Origin: Amphiscolops sp. MND2022
Lineage: Eukaryota
Reading direction: 5' to 3'
Assembly: GCA_964187785.1 (NCBI GenBank)
Contig: OZ076418.1
Span: 54,808,001 to 54,872,000 of the forward strand
Length of the DNA stretch: 64,000 nucleotides
Shown: positions 22,251 through 37,400 of the stretch, piece by piece
Numbering within the stretch: position 1 is the stretch's first letter
Layout: the number at the start of each line of letters is the position of its first letter
Notes under the pieces: generated by a model
Told to the model about the DNA's origin: nothing
The model's database searches: none
The model's input: the letters and a program-made list of their open reading frames with translations, nothing else
Position numbers and translations under genes: made by a program

Positions 22251-25200
22251 CGGCCCTGGGTACTGATGGAAAAACTGGTTGCAAGAGCGCTGTCAATATT
22301 TTTTGTCTGACAAAAATATTCTTTTTTCCATCTCTTCAAATCCAAGGAGAGAAGCAAATGCAAGTCAAAATTACAAATTTGTTTGTCAAAGTAAAAGTTT
22401 TTCTTTGAAAGGAGTTTATTTTCTCATTGAAATGCCTACAATTTTGCAATTTCTTTACTTTTAGTTTTTTTAGGATTCTTTGTTGCTACTCTCTGAAGTG
22501 ATGAACCGATCAGAAGAATATCCGCTTGTTTGCCCGATGAATTGTCCCATGTGCTTGGCACCTTTCAATGACGTTAAAACATTACAGAGACATCTACACG
22601 ATGTTCATTTTTGGCCCGTTCACGGAACTTTTGTGCACCAGAGAAAGTGCCAACTATGTCAGTTCTGTCAACAAAGCACGGACCACCAGCAATCTTCTAA
22701 AAAAAGTTGATTTTCGAAACACTACTGGAATGTACTTTTCACTCAACCAAAAAACATTGCACTTGCATTGATGTTGTTTTGGCAATCCTTTTTTGCTATC
22801 AAAATTCTACTTTTTGGCTATTTCGGATAACGAAAGAAGTTGATTGTTCTGAAGTTTGAAGTGAACGTGTAAATTGTGCTTTTGATATATTCATTCAAAG
22901 ATTGAAAATCAAACTTAGGTATCATTGATGGCATGAAATTTTCAATGAAGTAAAATTACATTCCAACACAACAGTGTTCGTATATGACGAAGGACCATCA
23001 ACATCGAAACGAAAACGTCCTTCCACAAATCAGTGAGGCCACACCGGCCCTGGGTACTGGTGGAAAAACTGGTTGCAAGAGCGCTATCAATATTTTTTGT
23101 CTGACAGAAAAATATTCTTCCTTTTCCATCTCTTCAAATCCAAGGAGAGAAGCAAATGCAAGTCAAAATCACAATTTTGTTTGTAAAAGTGAAAGTTTTT
23201 CCTTGAAAGGAGTTTATTTTCTCATTGAAATGCCTACAATTTTGCAATTTCTTTACACTTAGTTTTTTTAGGATTCTTTGTTGCTACTCTCTGAAGTGAT
23301 GAACCGATCAGAAGAATATCCGCTAGTTTGCCCGATGAATTGTCCCATGTGCTTGGCACCTTTCAATGACGTTAAACTATTACAGAGACATCTACACGAT
23401 GTTCATTTTTGGCCCGTTCACGGAACTTTCGTGCACCAGAGAAAACGCCAACTATGTCACTCCTGTCAACAAAGCACGGACCACCAGCAATCTTATAAAA
23501 AAATTGATTTTCGAAACACTACTGGAATGTACTTTTCACTCAACCAAAAAACATTGCACTTGCATTGATGTTGTTTTGGCAATCCTTTTTTGCTATCAAA
23601 ATTCTTCTTTTTGGCGATTTCGGATAACGAAAGAAGTTGATTGTTCTGAAGTTTGAAGTGAACGTTCAAATTGTGCTTTTGATACATTCGAAGATTGAAA
23701 TTCATACTTGGGTACCATTGATGGCATGAATTTTTCAATGAAGTAAAATTACATTCCAACACAACATTGTTCGTATATGACGAAGGACCATCAACATCGA
23801 TACGAAAACGTCCTTCCACAAATCAGTGAGGCCACACCGGCCCTGGGAACTGGTGGAAAAACTGGTTGCAAGAGCGCTATCAATATTTTTGTCTGACAGA
23901 AAAATATTCTTCTTTTTCCATCTCTTCAAATCCAAGGAGAGAAGCAAATGCAAGTCAAAATTACCAATTTGTTTGTAAAAGTAATAGTTTTTCCTTGAAA
24001 GGAGTTCATTTTTTCATTGAAATGCCTACAATTTTGCAATTTCTTTACACTTAGTTTTTTTAGGATTCTTTGTTGCTACTCTCCGAAGTGATGAACCGAT
24101 CAGAAGAATATCCGCTTGTTTGCCCGATGAATTGTCCCATGCGCTTGGCACCTTTCAATGACGTTAAAACATTACAGAGACATCTACACGATGTTCATTT
24201 TTGGCCCGTTCACGGAACTTTTGTGCACCAGAGAAAGTGCCAACTATGTCACTTCTGTCAACAAAGCACGGACCAACAGCAATCTTCTTTAAAAAAGTTG
24301 ATTTTCGAAACACTACTGGAATGTACTTTTCACTCAACCAAAAACCATTGCACTTGCATTGATGTTGTTTCGGAAATCCTTTTTTGCTATCAAAATTCTA
24401 TTTTTTGGCTAATTCGGATAACGAAAGTTGATTGTTCTGAAGTTTGAAGTGAAAGTTTAAATTGTGCTTTTGAAATATTCATTCGAAGATTGAAAATCAA
24501 ACTTAGGTATCATTGATGGCATGAAATTTTCAATGAAGTAAAATAACATTCCAACAACATTGTTCGTATATGACGAAGGACCATCAACATCGATACGAAA
24601 ACGTTCTTCCACAAATCAGTGAGGCCACACCGGCCCTGGGAACTGGTGGAAAAACTGGTTGCAAGAGCGCTATCAATATTTTTGTCTGACAGAAAAATAT
24701 TCTTCTTTTTCCATCTCTTCAAATCCAAGGAGAGAAGCAAATGCAAGTCAAAATTACCAATTTGTTTGTAAAAGTAATAGTTTTTCCTTGAAAGGAGTTC
24801 ATTTTTTCATTGAAATGCCTACAATTTTGCAATTTCTTTACACTTAGTTTTTTTAGGATTCTTTGTTGCTACTCTCTGAAGTGATGAACCGATCAGAAGA
24901 ATATCCGCTAGTTTGCCCGATGAATTGTCCCATGTGCTTGGCACCTTTCAATGACGTTAAACTATTACAGAGACATCTACACGATGTTCATTTTTGGCCC
25001 GTTCACGGAACTTTCGTGCACCAGAGAAAACGCCAACTATGTCACTCCTGTCAACAAAGCACGGACCACCAGCAATCTTATAAAAAAATTGATTTTCGAA
25101 ACACTACTGGAATGTACTTTTCACTCAACCAAAAAACATTGCACTTGCATTGATGTTGTTTTGGCAATCCTTTTTTGCTATCAAAATTCTTCTTTTTGGC

Positions 25201-28200
25201 GATTTCGGATAACGAAAGAAGTTGATTGTTCTGAAGTTTGAAGTGAACGTTCAAATTGTGCTTTTGATACATTCGAAGATTGAAATTCATACTTGGGTAC
25301 CATTGATGGCATGAATTTTTCAATGAAGTAAAATTACATTCCAACACAACATTGTTCGTATATGACGAAGGACCATCAACATCGATACGAAAACGTCCTT
25401 CCACAAATCAGTGAGGCCACACCGGCCCTGGGAACTGGTGGAAAAACTGGTTGCAAGAGCGCTATCAATATTTTTGTCTGACAGAAAAATATTCTTCTTT
25501 TTCCATCTCTTCAAATCCAAGGAGAGAAGCAAATGCAAGTCAAAATTACCAATTTGTTTGTAAAAGTAATAGTTTTTCCTTGAAAGGAGTTCATTTTTTC
25601 ATTGAAATGCCTACAATTTTGCAATTTCTTTACACTTAGTTTTTTTAGGATTCTTTGTTGCTACTCTCCGAAGTGATGAACCGATCAGAAGAATATCCGC
25701 TTGTTTGCCCGATGAATTGTCCCATGCGCTTGGCACCTTTCAATGACGTTAAAACATTACAGAGACATCTACACGATGTTCATTTTTGGCCCGTTCACGG
25801 AACTTTTGTGCACCAGAGAAAGTGCCAACTATGTCACTTCTGTCAACAAAGCACGGACCAACAGCAATCTTCTTTAAAAAAGTTGATTTTCGAAACACTA
25901 CTGGAATGTACTTTTCACTCAACCAAAAACCATTGCACTTGCATTGATGTTGTTTCGGAAATCCTTTTTTGCTATCAAAATTCTATTTTTTGGCTAATTC
26001 GGATAACGAAAGTTGATTGTTCTGAAGTTTGAAGTGAAAGTTTAAATTGTGCTTTTGAAATATTCATTCGAAGATTGAAAATCAAACTTAGGTATCATTG
26101 ATGGCATGAAATTTTCAATGAAGTAAAATAACATTCCAACAACATTGTTCGTATATGACGAAGGACCATCAACATCGATACGAAAACGTTCTTCCACAAA
26201 TCAGTGAGGCCACACCGGCCCTGGGAACTGGTGGAAAAACTGGTTGCAAGAGCGCTATCAATATTTTTGTCTGACAGAAAAATATTCTTCTTTTTCCATC
26301 TCTTCAAATCCAAGGAGAGAAGCAAATGCAAGTCAAAATTACCAATTTGTTTGTAAAAGTAATAGTTTTTCCTTGAAAGGAGTTCATTTTTTCATTGAAA
26401 TGCCTACAATTTTGCAATTTCTTTACACTTAGTTTTTTTAGGATTCTTTGTTGCTACTCTCTGAAGTGATGAACCGATCAGAAGAATATCCGCTTGTTCG
26501 CCCGATGAATTGTCCCATGTGCTTGGCACCTTTCAATGACGTTAAAACATTACAGAGACATCTACACGATGTTCATTTTTGGCCCGTTCACGGAACTTTT
26601 GTGCACCAGAGAAAACGCCAACAATGTCACTCCTGTCAACAAAGCACGGACCACCAGCAATCTTCTAAAAAAATTGATTTTCGAAACACTACTGGGATGT
26701 ACTTTTCACTCAACCAAAAAACATTGCACTTGTGTTGATGTTGTTTTGGCAATCCTTTTTTGCTATCAAAATTCTTCTTTTTGGCGATTTCGGATAACGA
26801 AAGAAGTTGATTGTTCTGAAGTTTGAAGTGAACGTTCAAATTGTGCTTTTGATACATTCGGAGATTGAAATTCAAACTTAGGTACCATTGATGGCATGAA
26901 ATTTTCAATGAAGTAAAATTACATTCCAACACAACATTGTTCGTATATGAAGAAGGACCATCAACATCGATACGAAAACGTCCTTCCACAAATCAGTGAG
27001 GCCACACCGGCCCTGGGAACTGGTGGAAAAACTGGTTGCAAGAGCGCTATCAATATTTTTGTCTGACAGAAAAATATTCTTCTTTTTCCATCTCTTCAAA
27101 TCCAAGGAGAGAAGCAAATGCAAGTCAAAATTACCAATTTGTTTGTAAAAGTAATAGTTTTTCCTTGAAAGGAGTTCATTTTTTCATTGAAATGCCTACA
27201 ATTTTGCAATTTCTTTACACTTAGTTTTTTTAGGATTCTTTGTTGCTACTCTCTCAAGTGATGAACCGATCAGAAGAATATCCGCTTGTTCGCCCGATGA
27301 ATTGTCCCATGTGCTTGGCACCTTTCAATGACGTTAAAACATTACAGAGACATCTACACGATGTTCATTTTTGGCCCGTTCACGGAACTTTTGTGCACCA
27401 GAGAAAACGCCAACAATGTCACTCCTGTCAACAAAGCACGGACCACCAGCAATCTTCTTAAAAAATTGATTTTCGAAACACTACTGGGATGTACTTTTCA
27501 CTCAACCAAAAAACATTGCACTTGCATTGATGTTGTTTTGGCAATCCTTTTTTGCTATCAAAATTCTTCTTTTTGGCGATTTCGGATAACGAAAGAAGTT
27601 GATTGTTCTGAAGTTTGAAGTGAACGTTCAAATTGTGCTTTTGATACATTCGGAGGTTGAAATTCAAACTTAGGTACCATTGATGGCATGAAATTTTCAA
27701 TGAAGTAAAATTACATTCCAACACAACATTGTTCGTATATGACGAAGGACCATCAACATCGATACGAAAACGTCATTCCACAAATCAGTGAGGCCACACC
27801 GGCCCTGGGAACTGGTGGAAAAACTGGTTGCAAGAGCGCTATCAATATTTTTGTCTGACAGAAAAATATTCTTCTTTTTCCATCTCTTCAAATCCAAGGA
27901 GAGAAGCAAATGCAAGTCAAAATTACCAATTTGTTTGTAAAAGTAATAGTTTTTCCTTGAAAGGAGTTCATTTTTTCATTGAAATGCCTACAATTTTGCA
28001 ATTTATTTACACTTAGTTTTTTTAGGATTCTTTGTTGCTACTCTCTGAAGTGATGAACCGATCAGAAGAATATCCGCTTGTTTGCCCGATGAATTGTCCC
28101 ATGTGCTTGGCACCTTTCAATGACGTTAAAACATTACAGAGACATCTACACGATGTTCATTTTTGGCCCGTTCACGGAACTTTTGTGCACCAGAGAAAAC

Positions 28201-31200
28201 GCCAACAATGTCACTCCTGTCAACAAAGCACGGACCACCAGCAATCTTCTAAAAAAATTGATTTTCGAAACACTACTGGGACGTACTTTTCACTCAACCA
28301 AAAAACATTGCACTTGCATTGATGTTGTTTTGGCAATCCTTTTTTGCTATCAAAATTCTTCTTTTTGGCGATTTCGGATAACGAAAGAAGTTGATTGTTC
28401 TGAAGTTTGAAGTGAACGTTCAAATTGTGCTTTTGATACATTCGGAGATTGAAATTCAAACTTAGGTACCATTGATGGCATGAAATTTTCAATGAAGTAA
28501 AATTACATTCCAACACAACATTGTTCGTATATGACGAAGGACCATCAACATCGATACGAAAACGTCCTTCCACAAATCAGTGAGGCCACACCGGCCCTGG
28601 GAACTGGTGGAAAAACTGGTTGCAAGAGCGCTATCAATATTTTTGTCTGACAGAAAAATATTCTTTTTCCATCTCTTCAAATCCAAGGAGAGAAGCAAAT
28701 GCAAGTCAAAATTACCAATTTGTTTGTAAAAGTAATAGTTTTTCCTTGAAAGGAGTTCGTTTTTTCATTGAAATGCCTACAATTTTGCAATTTATTTACA
28801 CTTAGTTTTTTTAGGATTCTTTGTTGCTACTCTCTGAAGTGATGAACCGATCAGAAGAATATCCGCTTGTTTGCCCGATGAATTGTCCCATGTGCTTGGC
28901 ACCTTTCAATGACGTTAAAACATTACAGAGACATCTACACGATGTTCATTTTTGGCCCGTTCACGGAACTTTTGTGCACCAGAGAAAACGCCAACAATGT
29001 CACTCCTGTCAACAAAGCACGGACCACCAGCAATCTTCTAAAAAAATTGATTTTCGAAACACTACTGGGACGTACTTTTCACTCAACCAAAAAACATTGC
29101 ACTTGCATTGATGTTGTTTTGGCAATCCTTTTTTGCTATCAAAATTCTTCTTTTTGGCGATTTCGGATAACGAAAGAAGTTGATTGTTCTGAAGTTTGAA
29201 GTGAACGTTCAAATTGTGCTTTTGATACATTCGGAGATTGAAATTCAAACTTAGGTACCATTGATGGCATGAAATTTTCAATGAAGTAAAATTACATTCC
29301 AACACAACATTGTTCGTATATGACGAAGGACCATCAACATCGATACGAAAACGTCCTTCCACAAATCAGTGAGGCCACACCGGCCCTGGGAACTGGTGGA
29401 AAAACTGGTTGCAAGAGCGCTATCAATATTTTTGTCTGACAGAAAAATATTCTTTTTCCATCTCTTCAAATCCAAGGAGAGAAGCAAATGCAAGTCAAAA
29501 TTACCAATTTGTTTGTAAAAGTAATAGTTTTTCCTTGAAAGGAGTTCGTTTTTTCATTGAAATGCCTACAATTTTGCAATTTCTTTACACTTAGTTTTTT
29601 TAGGATTCTTTGTTGCTACTCTCTGAAGTGATGAACCGATCAGAAGAATATCCGCTTGTTTGCCCGATGAATTGTCCCATGTTTTTGGCACCTTTCAATG
29701 ACGTTAAAACATTACAGATACATCTACACGATGTTTATTTTGGCCCGTTCACGGAACTTTTGTGCACCAGAGAAAGTGCCAACTATGTCACTTCTGTCAA
29801 CAAAGCACGGACCAACAGCAATCTTCGTTAAAAAATTTGATTTTCGAAACACTACTGGAATGTACTTTTCACTCAACCAAAAACCATTGCACTTGCATTG
29901 ATGTTGTTTCGGAAATCCTTTTTTGCTATCAAAATTCTATTTTTTGGCTATTTCGGATAACGAAAGTTGATTGTTCTGAAGTTTGAAGTGAAAGTTTAAA
30001 TTGTGCTTTTGAAATATTCATTCGAAGATTGAAAATCAAACTTAGGTATCATTGATGGCATGAAATTTTCAATGAAGCAAAATTACATTCCAACACAACA
30101 GTGTTCGTATATGACGAAGGACCATCAACATCGAAACGGAAACGTCTTTCCACAAATCAGTGAGGCCACACCGGCCCTGGTTACTGGTGGAAAAACTGGT
30201 TGCAAGAGCGCTATCAATATTTTTTGTCTGACAAAAATATTCTTCTTATTCCATCTCTTCAAATCCAAGGAGAGAAGCAAATGCAAGTCAAATATACAAA
30301 TTTGTTGGTAAAAGTAAAAGTTTTTTCTTGAAAGGAGTTTATTTTCTCATTGAAATGCCTACAATTTTGCGATTTCTTTACACTTAGTTTTTTTAGGATT
30401 CTTTGTTGCTACTCTCTGAAGTGATGAACCGATCAGAAGAATATCCGCTTGTTCTCCCGATGAATTGTCCCATGTGCTTGGCACCTTTCAATGACGTTAA
30501 AACATTACAGAGACATCTACACGATGTTCATTTTTGGCCCGTTCACGGAACTTTTGTGCACCAGAGAAAACGCCAACAATGTCACTCCTGTCAACAAAGC
30601 ACGGACCACCAGCAATCTTCTAAAAAAATTGATTTTCGAAACACTACTGGGACGTACTTTTCACTCAACCAAAAAACATTGCACTTGCATTGATGTTGTT
30701 TTGGCAATCCTTTTTTGCTATCAAAATTCTTCTTTTTGGCGATTTCGGATAACGAAAGAAGTTGATTGTTCTGAAGTTTGAAGTGAACGTTCAAATTGTG
30801 CTTTTGATACATTCGGAGATTGAAATTCAAACTTAGGTACCATTGATGGCATGAAATTTTCAATGAAGTAAAATTACATTCCAACACAACATTGTTCGTA
30901 TATGACGAAGGACCATCAACATCGATACGAAAACGTCCTTCCACAAATCAGTGAGGCCACACCGGCCCTGGGAACTGGTGGAAAAACTGGTTGCAAGAGC
31001 GCTATCAATATTTTTGTCTGACAGAAAAATATTCTTTTTCCATCTCTTCAAATCCAAGGAGAGAAGCAAATGCAAGTCAAAATTACCAATTTGTTTGTAA
31101 AAGTAATAGTTTTTCCTTGAAAGGAGTTCGTTGTTTCATTGAAATGCCTACAATTTTGCAATTTCTTTACACTTAGTTTTTTTAGGATTCTTTGTTGCTA

Positions 31201-32527
31201 CTCTCTGAAGTGATGAACCGATCAGAAGAATATCCGCTTGTTTGCCCGATGAATTGTCCCATGTTTTTGGCACCTTTCAATGACGTTAAAACATTACAGA
31301 GACATCTACACGATAATCATTTTTGGCCCGTTCACGGAACTTTTGTGCACCAGAGAAAGTGCCAACTATGTCACTTCTGTCAACAAAGCACGGACCAACA
31401 GCAATCTTCGTTAAAAAATTTGATTTTCGAAACACTACTGGAATGTACTTTTCACTCAACCAAAAACCATTGCACTTGCATTGATGTTGTTTCGGAAATC
31501 CTTTTTTGCTATCAAAATTCTATTTTTTGGCTATTTCGGATGACGAAAGTTGATTGTTCTGAAGTTTGAAGTGAAAGTTTAAATTGTGCTTTTGAAATAT
31601 TCATTCGAAGATTGAAAATCAAACTTAGGTATCATTGATGGCATGAAATTTTCAATGAAGCAAAATTACATTCCAACACAACAGTGTTCGTATATGACGA
31701 AGGACCATCAACATCGAAACGGAAACGTCTTTCCACAAATCAGTGAGGCCACACCGGCCCTGGTTACTGGTGGAAAAACTGGTTGCAAGAGCGCTATCAA
31801 TATTTTTTGTCTGACAAAAATATTCTTCTTATTCCATCTCTTCAAATCCAAGGAGAGAAGCAAATGCAAGTCAAATATACAAATTTGTTGGTAAAAGTAA
31901 AAGTTTTTTCTTGAAAGGAGTTTATTTTCTCATTGAAATGCCTACAATTTTGCGATTTCTTTACACTTAGTTTTTTTAGGATTCTTTGTTGCTACTCTCT
32001 GAAGTGATGAACCGATCAGAAGAATATCCGCTTGTTTGCCCGATGAATTGTCCCATGTGCTTGGCACCTTTCAATGACGTTAAAACATTAAAAAGACATC
32101 TACACGATGTTCATTTTTGGCCCGTTCACGGAACTTTTGTGCACCAGAGAAAGTGCCAACTATGTCACTTGTGTCAACAAAGCACAGACCACCAGCAATC
32201 TTCTAAAAAAAGTTGATTTTCGAAACACTACTGGAATGTACTTTTCACTCAACCAAAAAACATTGCACTTGCATTTTGAAAATCCTTTTTTGCTATCAAA
32301 ATTCTACTTTTTGGCTATTTCGGATAACGAAAGAAGTTGATTGTTCTGAAGTTTGAAGTGAACGTGTAAATTATGCTTTGGATATATTCATTCAAAGATT
32401 GAAAATCAAACTTAGGTATCATTGATGACATGAAATTTTCAATGAAGTAAAATTACATTCCAACACAACAGTGTTCGTATATGACGAAGGACCATCAACA
32501 TCGAAACGTCCTTCCACAAATCAGTGA
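22251..32527 (+). repeat. Tandem array 1 of ~793-bp C2H2 zinc-finger pseudogene units (13 copies)
   Basis: The same ORF starts at 22480, 23278, 24070, 24863, 25655, 26448, 27240, 28032, 28821, 29610, 30403, 31192 and 31986. Each encodes CPMCLAPFNDVKTLQRHLHDVH (C2H2). Confidence 0.96.
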
Positions 32528-33327
32528 TTCACCCAAAAGATTCGACATCCATATGGAGTCTTCGTTTATCTGATGATGAAGCGCGCCACTCGGTTCATAT
32601 TTTTTGCTTTTTCGATTTTCGAGTACTGTAAATTGACACTTGGAAGTCCTTTTGCTATTTTTGAGCCTTGGATATGGCTCCGAATTGCGCCGGTACCGGC
32701 TTGTTTCTCTTTTGAACGTCTTTAGGCGATTAGGAAGAATTGAAATAGGCCTGATTCCAGAGCATATCAATATTAAAGTAAGTTGCAGAAAAACACATTC
32801 TGCTCATTTTGATATCGAGTATAACAATGTAACGACAACTCTTTCGCATTTTTGAATATCATTAACCACTAATTAACCTCTCATCCAACACCCGACTGAC
32901 GACGACTTCTCCAATCACGTGGGTAACTTTCATTTTTTAACACTTTCCTGCCTTCTTGACTCCTTCCGTTCAACCGTGCACGTCTAGATCAGAGGAAATT
33001 CAACACAGATTTGCACAAAGCCAAGACCCTCCGAGGTTAGCCCATGTTAAAGTAGAATGGCCTCCATTTGCCCGATGTGCTCACACTCTTACTACTTGTA
33101 GGCAACGTCGACCCAATTATGTTTTGTCTATAATCAATTTCAATACATGGAGGGCCGACCTTCATACAACCGGTCTTGCTCTCAGGTATACTACGAACCA
33201 AATTGTTGGTTTTTTCAAACATTTCGAGCTTGTTTAACATTTCGCCAAAAAAGCTATATGGACACAATGAGCCGGAGGTGTAGTTAGAAATGTTCAATAC
33301 GATAGTTTTCATTGAGTATTACATTTG
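32528..33327. repeat. 'X' segment closing the large module (second copy 40768-41559 plus 60098-60108)
   Basis: The two copies are near-identical, with ORF shadows 32495/40735, 32956/41196 and 33037/41277. No recognisable product. Confidence 0.9.
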
Positions 33328-34431
33328 AGCTCATAGACGCATTTCGCCCGGACAAGAGTTGGTCTATAGTTATAACGAAACTTTGCGCTTCGATTAGATT
33401 AGCTTCGCTCGCCCCTTCAAGTTCAGGACTTCAAGTGACTAGGCTACGTAGGTTGAGTGTTTAGGCTCAAGGTGAAAAAAGAAAGTGGAGCAACTGTATT
33501 TTCAGCATCCAAAACCAATGGTTCGTAGGCATCGCCTCGTGTTGGTTTTGATGAGTGCAGTACACTCACCAAAAAATATAAAAAAGAGTTGATGCAAGAG
33601 CAACTTCAATAACTCTAGTCAATAACTCGTAGGCTTCGCCTCGTGTTGACTGGGATGGATGTGGTTTTCCTATTCGTCTCGCAAAAACGAAAATAAGCAC
33701 ACAAATGAAACGGGCTGAGAAACCCACAAAAAAACAAAAAAAGTTGAAGCAAGTGTAAATTCACCCATCTAGCCAGCAGTTCGTGGGCTTCGTCTAGTGT
33801 TGGCTTAGATGGATGTGTTTCTCTTGTTAGGCTCACAAAAAAACCAAAAAGGGGGGGTCTAGACAACTCCAATTAAGAAAACTTCAAAATATGTTGAAAA
33901 GGTTAATGGGTTGACAAAAGACCAATGCATGACAACTCTTGAGTAGCAGCAAAACTTTTGAGTTGCTGCATGGCATGCAGAGTATCTTTGCCAAACTACA
34001 AAAAATATTGAGAAATTACAAAACCATTCTGCCCAAAATAAAAAATTAAATGACATTAGATTAGATTAGAACTTAGAAAAAAGTGAAAAAGTAGGAGTCG
34101 GTCCAAATGCATCTGAATCATCTGTAGCCAATAGTTCGTAGGCTTCGCCTCGTGTTGGCTAGGTTGGTTTTGAAGCGCTTGTTCCACTTCAAAAAATACG
34201 AAAAATTGAATAAAACAAAAAATCTGAAAAACTCCAAAATCCAAAAATAGGAAAAGAAAGAGTCGGTGCAACTGCATCTTATTCATCTGAAGCCAGTGGT
34301 TTGTAGGCTTCGCCTCGTGTTGGCTTGGATGGCTGTGATGCTCTTGTCCACTGGCAAAAAAACGAAAAAATCCAAAATGAAAAATCGAACAAAAATGCAA
34401 ATCCAAAAACTTTTTTTTGGGGCCCAGATAG

Positions 34432-37400
34432 CGGCCCTGGGTACTGATGGAAAAACTGGTTGCAAGAGCGCTGTCAATATTTTTTGTCTGACAAAAATAT
34501 TCTTCTTTTTCCATCTCTTCAAATCCAAGGAGAGAAGCAAATGCAAGTCAAAATTACAAATTTGTTTGTCAAAGTAAAAGTTTTTCCTTGAAAGGAGTTT
34601 ATTTTCTCATTGAAATGCCTACAATTTTGCAATTTCTTTACTCTTAGTTTTTTTAGGATTCTTTGTTCCTACTCTCTGAAGTGATGAACCGATCAGAAGA
34701 ATATCCGCTTGTTTGCCCGATGAATTGTCCCATGTGCTTGGCACCTTTCAATGACGTTAAAACATTACAGAGACATCTACACGATGTTCATTTTTGGCCC
34801 GTTCACGGAACTTTTGTGCACCAGAGAAAACGCCAACTATGTCACTCCTGTCAACAAAGCACGGACCACCAGCAATCTTCTAAAAAAATTGATTTTCGAA
34901 ACACTACTGGAATGTACTTTTCACTCAACCAAAAAACATTGCACTTGCATTGATGTTGTTTTGGCAATCCTTTTTTGCTATCAAAATTCTTCTTTTTGGC
35001 GATTTCGGATAACAAAAGAAGTTGATTGTTCTGAAGTTTGAAGTGAACGTTCAAATTGTGCTTTTGATACATTCGAAGATTGAAATTCAAACTTAGGTAC
35101 CATTGATGGCATGAAATTTTCAATGAAGTAAAATTACATTCCAACACAACATTGTTCGTATATGACGAAGGACCATCAACATCGATACGAAAACGTCCTT
35201 CCACAAATCAGTGAGGCCACACCGGCCCTGGGAACTGGTGGAAAAACTGGTTGCAAGAGCGCTATCAATATTTTTGTCTGACAGAAAAATATTCTTCTTT
35301 TTCCATCTCTTCAAATCCAAGGAGAGAAGCAAATGCAAGTCAAAATTGCCAATTTGTTTGTAAAAGTAATAGTTTTTCCTTGAAAGGAGTTCATTTTTTC
35401 ATTGAAATGCCCACAATTTTGCAATTTCTTTACACTTAGTTTTTTTTAGGATTCTTTGTTGCTACTCTCTGAAGTGATGAACCGACCAGAAGAATATCCG
35501 CTTGTTCGCCCGATGAATTGTCCCATGTGCTTGGCACCTTTCAATGACGTTAAAACATTACAGAGACATCTACACGATGTTCATTTTTGGCCCGTTCACG
35601 GAACTTTTGTGCACCAGAGAAAACGCCAACTATGTCACTCCTGTCAACAAAGCACGGACCACCAGCAATCTTCTAAAAAAATTGATTTTCGAAACACTAC
35701 TGGAATGAACTTTTCACTCAACCAAAAAACATTGCACTTGCATTGATGTTGTTTTGGCAATCCTTTTTTGCTATCAAAATTCTTCTTTTTGGCGATTTCG
35801 GATAACGAAAGAAGTTGATTGTTCTGAAGTTTGAAGTGAACGTTCAAATTGTGCTTTTGATACATTCGAAGATTGAAATTCAAACTTAGGTACCATTGAT
35901 GGCATGAAATTTTCAATGAAGTAAAATTACATTCCAACACAACATTGTTCGTATATGACGAAGGACCATCAACATCGATACGAAAACGTCCTTCCACAAA
36001 TCAGTGAGGCCACAGCGGCCCTGGGAACTGGTGGAAAAACTGGTTGCAAGAGCGCTATCAATATTTTTGTCTGACAGAAAAATATTCTTCTTTTTCCATC
36101 TCTTCAAATCCAAGGAGAGAAGCAAATGCAAGTCAAAATTACAAATTTGTTTGTCAAAGTAAAAGTTTTTCCTTGAAAGGAGTTCATTTTTTCATTGAAA
36201 TGCCCACAATTTTGCAATTTCTTTACACTTAGTTTTTTTAGGATTCTTTGTTGCTACTCTCTGAAGTGATGAACCGACCAGAAGAATATCCGCTTGTTCG
36301 CCCGATGAATTGTCCCATGTGCTTGGCACCTTTCAATGACGTTAAAACATTACAGAGACATCTACACGATGTTCATTTTTGGCCCGTTCACGGAACTTTT
36401 GTGCACCAGAGAAAACGCCAACTATGTCACTCCTGTCAACAAAGCACGGACCACCAGCAATCTTCTAAAAAATTGATTTTCGAAACACTACTGGAATGAA
36501 CTTTTCACTCAACCAAAAAACATTGCACTTGCATTGATGTTGTTTTGGCAATCCTTTTTTGCTATCAAAATTCTTCTTTTTGGCGATTTCGGATAACGAA
36601 AGAAGTTGATTGTTCTGAAGTTTGAAGTGAACGTTCAAATTGTGCTTTTGATACATTCGAAGATTGAAATTCAAACTTAGGTACCATTGATGGCATGAAA
36701 TTTTCAATGAAGTAAAATTACATTCCAACACAACATTGTTCGTATATGACGAAGGACCATCAACATCGATACGAAAACGTCCTTCCACAAATCAGTGAGG
36801 CCACAGCGGCCCTGGGAACTGGTGGAAAAACTGGTTGCAAGAGCGCTATCAATATTTTTGTCTGACAGAAAAATATTCTTCTTTTTCCATCTCTTCAAAT
36901 CCAAGGAGAGAAGCAAATGCAAGTCAAAATTACAAATTTGTTTGTCAAAGTAAAAGTTTTTCCTTGAAAGGAGTTTATTTTCTCATTGAAATGCCTACAA
37001 TTTTGCAATTTCTTTACTCTTAGTTTTTTTAGGATTCTTTGTTGCTACTCTCTGAAGTGATGAACCGATCAGAAGAATATCCGCTTGTTTGCCCGATGAA
37101 TTGCCACATGTGCTTGGCACCTTGCCATGACGTTAAAACATTACAGAGACATCTACACGATGTTCATTTTTGGCCCGTTCACGGAACTTTTGTGCACCAG
37201 AGAAAGTGCCAACTATGTCACTTCTGTCAACAAAGCACGGACCACCAGCAATCTTCTAAAAAAGTTGATTTTCGAAACACTACTGGAATGTACTTTTCAT
37301 TCAACCAAAAAACATTGCACTTGCATTGATGTTGTTTTGGCAATCCTTTTTTGCTATCAAAATTCTACATTTTGGCTATTTCGGATAACGAAAGAAGTTG

